From: Gekko japonicus
Taxonomy: Eukaryota
DNA length: 63,883 bases
Direction: 5' to 3'
NCBI RefSeq assembly: GCF_001447785.1
Contig: NW_015163100.1
Span: forward strand, 1,347,701-1,411,583
The translations under genes were made by a program, and so were the position numbers. Below are positions 58,523 to 63,883 of this stretch, one piece after another (within the stretch, counting starts at the first letter, position 1; the number at the start of each line of letters is the position of its first letter). A model generated the notes under the pieces. The model was not told the DNA's origin, did no database searches, and saw nothing but the letters and a program-made list of their open reading frames with translations.

Positions 58523-61392
58523 GTAGGAAGCGCCAAGCGTTCAAATGATTTTCTATTGATTATTGCTATTTTACAGAAGCCTTTGGGAGAAATTCTCTGG
58601 GAATCTCCTGGAAGGGTTGACCACCTGTTTTAGAACACTAGACACTGTTGTATAACACCAAGTGATGTAAATCATTCTTTAGTTGACGTGTTTTTCTAGC
58701 CCTTGTTTCAAAGAAAAAGGGAGTATTTGAGTTATGACAGGATGTTCTTGCATCAAATCTTTTAATTAGGAACTATTGCAGGTGTGTTTCTCCCTTGTTA
58801 AAATCTCTGCCAATTTCCCATTAGTTGGTCAAACTGACCTGGCAAGGCGCCAGTCAAGCCAAGGAATAGGGTTAAGTGAAGTACAACCGTATTCTCTATG
58901 CAACATTTATATTAAGTTTTTAAGGGTACTATATAGCAACTCTGAATGTTTATAGCTGACAATGAAAGCCTGTGCAGTGGTTTGTGAATGATAGAAATAA
59001 GGGAAACCCAGACTATGTTAGCTTGGGATGTTTTACCATAAAAATAAAATACTCTGTTTGCATTTTTAACTGGAATGGCAGAAAGCTGTGCTTAATGAAA
59101 TGAATAGGTGTATGTCAGCAGTTCTAATTGGAAAGAAACTATTGCCAATTCTAAGATGTATTGTTCTATCTTGTACTTTTTAGAGAAGAGCCTAACTAGG
59201 TCAAAAGGACAGTTATACATATATTGTAACAGAGAGAAATCCCTTCTCTTGATATAATTGCTTGGGTTTTAGAACTTCATGTTATGTTTAAAGCTGAATA
59301 TATATAAATAAACTTTAGATTAAGACAAACACTTTTTTGCCTAAAGAGAGATCTTTATACACAAGCAGGTGTACAAATGACCCGGCCAACATAGACAACA
59401 TAAATCATGGACAAGTCAATTAAAGAAACTAAGTTGAAAGAACTAACGAAAGGAGATGTTCCGAAGTGTGTCCTTTGAAGTTTTAAGGAGTACCCAGCTA
59501 CTAACAAATAAGTAGAAAGTTAAAAATAATGACCAGGTGTGTGTAAGTTCAGCCAAGAACAAAAGTCATTAATCATGACTCTTGGCATCAATTAAAAGGG
59601 GTCAATTAGGAATACAGAATTTGTATTGTAGAACAGTGTCTACTACAGGCTAAACTGAGCTATGTGTTTTACAAATTATAAACTTTAATTTTAACAGAAG
59701 AAGCTTCATAAAATGACCAGAAAATATTCTGTAAAATATTCTGATAAACCAAAATGAAAACTAAAAAATAGATTCAATGCACCTACAAGAGCTTCATGCC
59801 ATAAGCTATTTTAAAACACTAAAATAATTCATGTAAAGAGTTTAATGCTTTAGAATGTCATTGTAATGATATTGTTTTCATATTTTGTATACTTGTTAGT
59901 GAAAATAAGCTCATAGGAATGTTTTAAGAGTGCTGTTATACTTCTATATGCATGTATTCATTTTTGATGACAAGAACTAACAGAATTTAGTACTGAGAAT
60001 AAACTTAGCCTGAAAGTTCATTCAAAGGCAGAAGGAGTCTGGGAGTAATGCCAAGAGAAGTAAACAAAATTGTAAATTAAAAAGAATGAGCTGCACCTGC
60101 ATTGTAGGAGTGGAAACGCATCCAACTAACATCCTGTGTGCCAAATATGTGATTGATGACTGGGCAGACAAAGAAAACTGAACTGAGCATGTCTACATGC
60201 TTTCTGTATTTGTTTGTTGAACACCCACACTGAATTCTAGCTGTGAGGTGCTCCTTTATTTGAATAAATACTTTTGTTACCCTTTATTGCCTGGATGATT
60301 GTTTTAACTGTGTGGTTTATTGGCTAGCCACACAAGTCAAAGAACCTGAGCGCCTTTAGCATATTGGCAACACACCTGTGGGTGTTTTTAGACAATTTTG
60401 AGAAACAAATGAGGCCTAAAGTTTTGTGCTGTTTGAATGCACAATGTAGCCTCTGAATGCGCCAGACCATTGCTCTCTGGAATTTGGCCTTGATCAAGGT
60501 CTTCCCTGATGCTGTGGAGATCCTTTTGGAGTCTGGAGGTGCCCAGGATTGCACCGGAGGTCTTCTGCATAGCAAGCAGACTATATCATAGAATCGCAGA
60601 ATCATAGAGTTGGAAGGGGCCATACAGGCCATCTAGCTCTGGCCCATCCTGCAGGACTGCCCAAGCCAGCACTGTTGATGCATGGGTGGTGGAGGAGGTA
60701 TAAACGTCTTTCCTCTCAGAGATGCTGATTAACATCTGCTGGAAGGTTCAGCGGCACAGAGCGGCTGCTGCACTACAAGATGGGAAACAAGAGCTCGGTG
60801 TTAATTTGCAAGCATGAATCCTGTGTGTGAACAGCAGGTGGAAATGCGGCCTCCCCTGGGAAGTTCCTCCCCTGCTGGCTCGTTTTCCCTCTTGTAACGC
60901 TGCTTCTGCTTCGGTGCTTGGTCTGAAATGAATGCACCACGCTTATTAGCATGCTATCACAGAGGATTCCTCCAGATGGCTCATTTTCAAAGAAAAGTTA
61001 TTTGCTCCAAATCAGGTTGTGTGAAATATCAAGGTTAAAAACTGGTATGATAGGAAATTGAGAGGCTTGGGAGGCTGCCCTATTGTCAACTCCAACTCCT
61101 GCTGTCTTTCTTCCGTGGCTGGGCTTTGCCACTGGGGCCACGGGAAGGAGGGAGTTTGACCCTGCCCTGTTGGCAGCCTCCAGAGATTCTCAAGAGCAGG
61201 GGCATGAAATTTGACTGTGTGTCCCTGGCCTCATTTATCGAGATGTCTCAGTACCCTGCCCTGAACCCTAGGGTACGATGGGGCTGGGGGGAAAGCAAGT
61301 CCAACAATGCTCCCACTGATCTCATGGCGTCTGCCCGTTTCATGCTGCCGCCTCCTCAAACATTTCTGTATTCTGCAAGAAATGGGGTAGAC

Positions 61393-61598
61393 CAGTGTTC
61401 CCTCTAAGCTGAGTTAGTGTCAGCTAGCTCACAGTTTTTTAGCCTCCAGTTCACACATTTTTGTCTCAGCTCAGGAAGGATGGCTCCAGAGCAAACTAAT
61501 TTATGCAGCAGCCAAATCACCTGCTCACAACTTTAATGCCAGTAGCTTACAAAGTAGAATTTTTGCTCACAAGACTCCACAGCTTAGAGGGAACATTG
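61393..61598 (+). mobile_element. Same hAT-type MITE
   Basis: Intact TIRs CAGTGTTCCCTCTAAGCTG...CAGCTTAGAGGGAACATTG; TSD imperfect. Confidence 0.9.
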
Positions 61599-63489
61599 GT
61601 AGAGACTTCTACATACTACCATGTGTAAAGGTTTAGATTTTCCCTAGTTGTGTGGGACGCTGTGTAGAACTCCCAGCATTGCCTTTCCCCCTTCTGGCCC
61701 ACCTACCCCCAGCAAGGACGGACTCTTGCAACCAGCCAGTTGTGACGCTTAGCAGATGCAAGACTGGCAAAGGGCTACAGCAGGTGGAAGTCTCTTCTTG
61801 CGGTTCGGGGTGTGACCTGCTCATAAACCGGTTCAATTCAAACTCGCAGAGGGAGGACAGTTCCTGGCGACTGGCACGGCTCAAGACTTCTGCTCAACAG
61901 CCCGACAGTCTTAATCCCCAGGCCGCTCCCTTCAAGGTGTTGTACGTGTCATTTTCCAATCTGCTCAGATTCGGTTGAACATTAAAATAACTCCGTTGTA
62001 GCGTTTGTGCAGAATGTTCGGCTACGTCCCCTGGGAGGGGCAGATGACAGCGCATGAATGGAAATCTTCCTCTTTTTTTAAAAAATCCTAAATGAGCTCA
62101 GCAGATGTAAGAAAGCCGCAGATGTATAAAGAGGGATGAACTGAGCATCATTCATTGCATTTGCAAAAAAAAAGTTTCTCTTTTGGCCCATTCTGTTTAT
62201 GGCTCGCCTTTTATTTTCTGATATGTTTTCCTTCTGGCTTTTGATTTATTTTGCTTGACACATCTAAAGGCCCTGAAGCTTGCACTTTGGTATACCTGAG
62301 TCACAAAATGGGATTTTTATTAAAAGTGGGGATAGTCTAAAAAAAATGTTTAATGCCGTTTGGTGGTGAAATGATACCAGGGCACTTTAAACTGACAGAT
62401 CAATGAACTGCAGTAATGACTGTAAAATTACATTAGGGAACCCTGGGTTTAGTTTTCTTTCCATGACTTCACCTCAGAACGGCGGCTGAGCCCATCTGGC
62501 AGCAGATTCAAATGGATGTTTTAAACCAAGGCCCGTATCCTTCTCTTCTTATTGATCATAGCCCAGAGCGAGGGATCTGTGAATGGTCTCCTTGATCTAT
62601 CACAGCAGGTTCCGGTTTGCTCGATCACAGCTGCACTGGCTTTTGCAAGACTCCGCATGATCCGCTGCTGCAGCCTCAGAAAGACACAAATGATCCGGGG
62701 CAGAAAACTCAGACGGAAACCGGGGTAAGTGCCAAGTGAGAAATCGCCCACAGACTGGCCATGCGGCCGTGCGTTCTTGGGCAGGTTCCTAACATCCCAG
62801 GTGAGAAGTGGGTCTGTGGAGCATCAGGCCCAGGCCCTGCCCCAACACTGCTCTTAACCACGACACCAAGCTAGCTCTTAACAAGACGCTGCAAAAGATC
62901 ACCCTGTGCAGGTCCTCCACCACAATGCCTGGCCATGTCAGCGGGGAGTCGAGTGGGTGGGGAGACAGTGGCGAGGGCGGCATCCAGCTAGGCCGAGAGC
63001 CCAAGTGGTGCTGAAGTGCACCCAGAGGCTGTGCAGAGCAGACACACACCAGGCAGTCTTTTGGGTGCTAAAGCTCCTCGCCGTGGCCCATGGGGCTGCG
63101 TTGTGTCGTGCAGGATTGGCCGTGCAAGATCTATTTCAGGGTCTTCCCCCCCCTCCCCTTTTCCTCCTAACTAAGTGATTTTGAATTGTGCAAACTGTTT
63201 AACAGGGGCTTGGTGCGGAAGGTGGCTCAGCATTCTCCTTGGCCCGGAGTGCCAGCAAATGTGGCTCTCCTCTTGGGTCTTACAACTTTTAAACCTATTT
63301 TTTGTCAGGGAGAGACAGGAAGAGATGGTGCCTTTTCCCTGAAGCAACCCTGTGGGTCTCTGGGGAGGGAATAGCCTGCCTGACCCAAACCCAAACCCTG
63401 CCACAGGGCTTCTGAGGAGGGACCACACTCACGGAAGAAGTCATTAGCTTGCTAACCCTTTCTTGAAACCTCAGGGTGAACCACGTTTG

Positions 63490-63782
63490 ACTTTGGTGTA
63501 GTGGTTTGGTGTCGTGGTTAAGTGCGTGGACTCTAATCTGGGAGAACCAGGTTTGATTCCCCACTCCTCCACTTGCACCTGGCTGGATGGCCTTGGGAAA
63601 GCCATAGCTCTGATAAGAGCTGTTCTTGAAAAAGAGCAGTTTCTGTCAGAGCTCTCTCAGCCCCACCCACCTCACAGGGTGTCTGTTGTGGGGAGGGGAA
63701 GGGAAAGGAGTTTGTAAGCCGCTCTGAGACTCCTTTGGGTAGTGAAGGGCGGGGTATAAATCCTATCTCTTCTTCTTCTTCA
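63490..63782 (+). mobile_element. Squam3-like SINE, full length
   Basis: tRNA-like head, CORE-like body and TCTTCTTCTT tail. Confidence 0.85.
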
Positions 63783-63883
63783 CCTTTCTCCCCAGTGAGG
63801 ATCCAAGGTGCCATATGTCATTTTCTTGCCCTCCATTTTATCCTCACAACCACCCTGAGATAATTCAGGCTGGGAGTGTGTGA

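Noticed and set aside
58600-60300. AT-rich stretch as a possible decayed transposase gene
   Set aside because: No ORF, TIR or recognisable motif could be identified by eye; it would need RepeatMasker or BLASTx.

Overview
Vertebrate genomic DNA from a draft assembly with N gaps. A Sauria SINE indicates a squamate; the Squam3-like SINEs and abundant hAT-type MITEs suggest a gecko (inference). The + strand carries a compact, very GC-rich WWP2 gene (C2-WW1-4-HECT E3 ligase; CDS 989-25580) with miR-140 in intron 16. The - strand carries the complete 7-exon PSMD7 gene (proteasome Rpn8; 34857-38861), convergent with WWP2 as in mouse. Beyond about 42.7 kb the sequence is AT-rich, gene-free and repeat-rich, with enhancer-like blocks, probably the start of the ZFHX3 gene desert. 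Most notable observations: (1) a ~1.6 kb direct duplication of the PSMD7 promoter plus exons 1-2, bracketing a truncated retroviral element (LTR, tRNA-Gly-type PBS, leader and splice donor); (2) WWP2 exon 18 is absent and exon 14 is 5'-truncated with no N gap, either assembly errors or real HECT loss; (3) an hAT-type MITE family with a self-nested copy, a 66-bp fold-back mini-element and AT-to-GC drift in the GC-rich half. Exon numbering follows human WWP2/PSMD7, and homology calls rest on recalled sequences rather than database searches. Most ORFs in the supplied track are spurious GC-rich frames.
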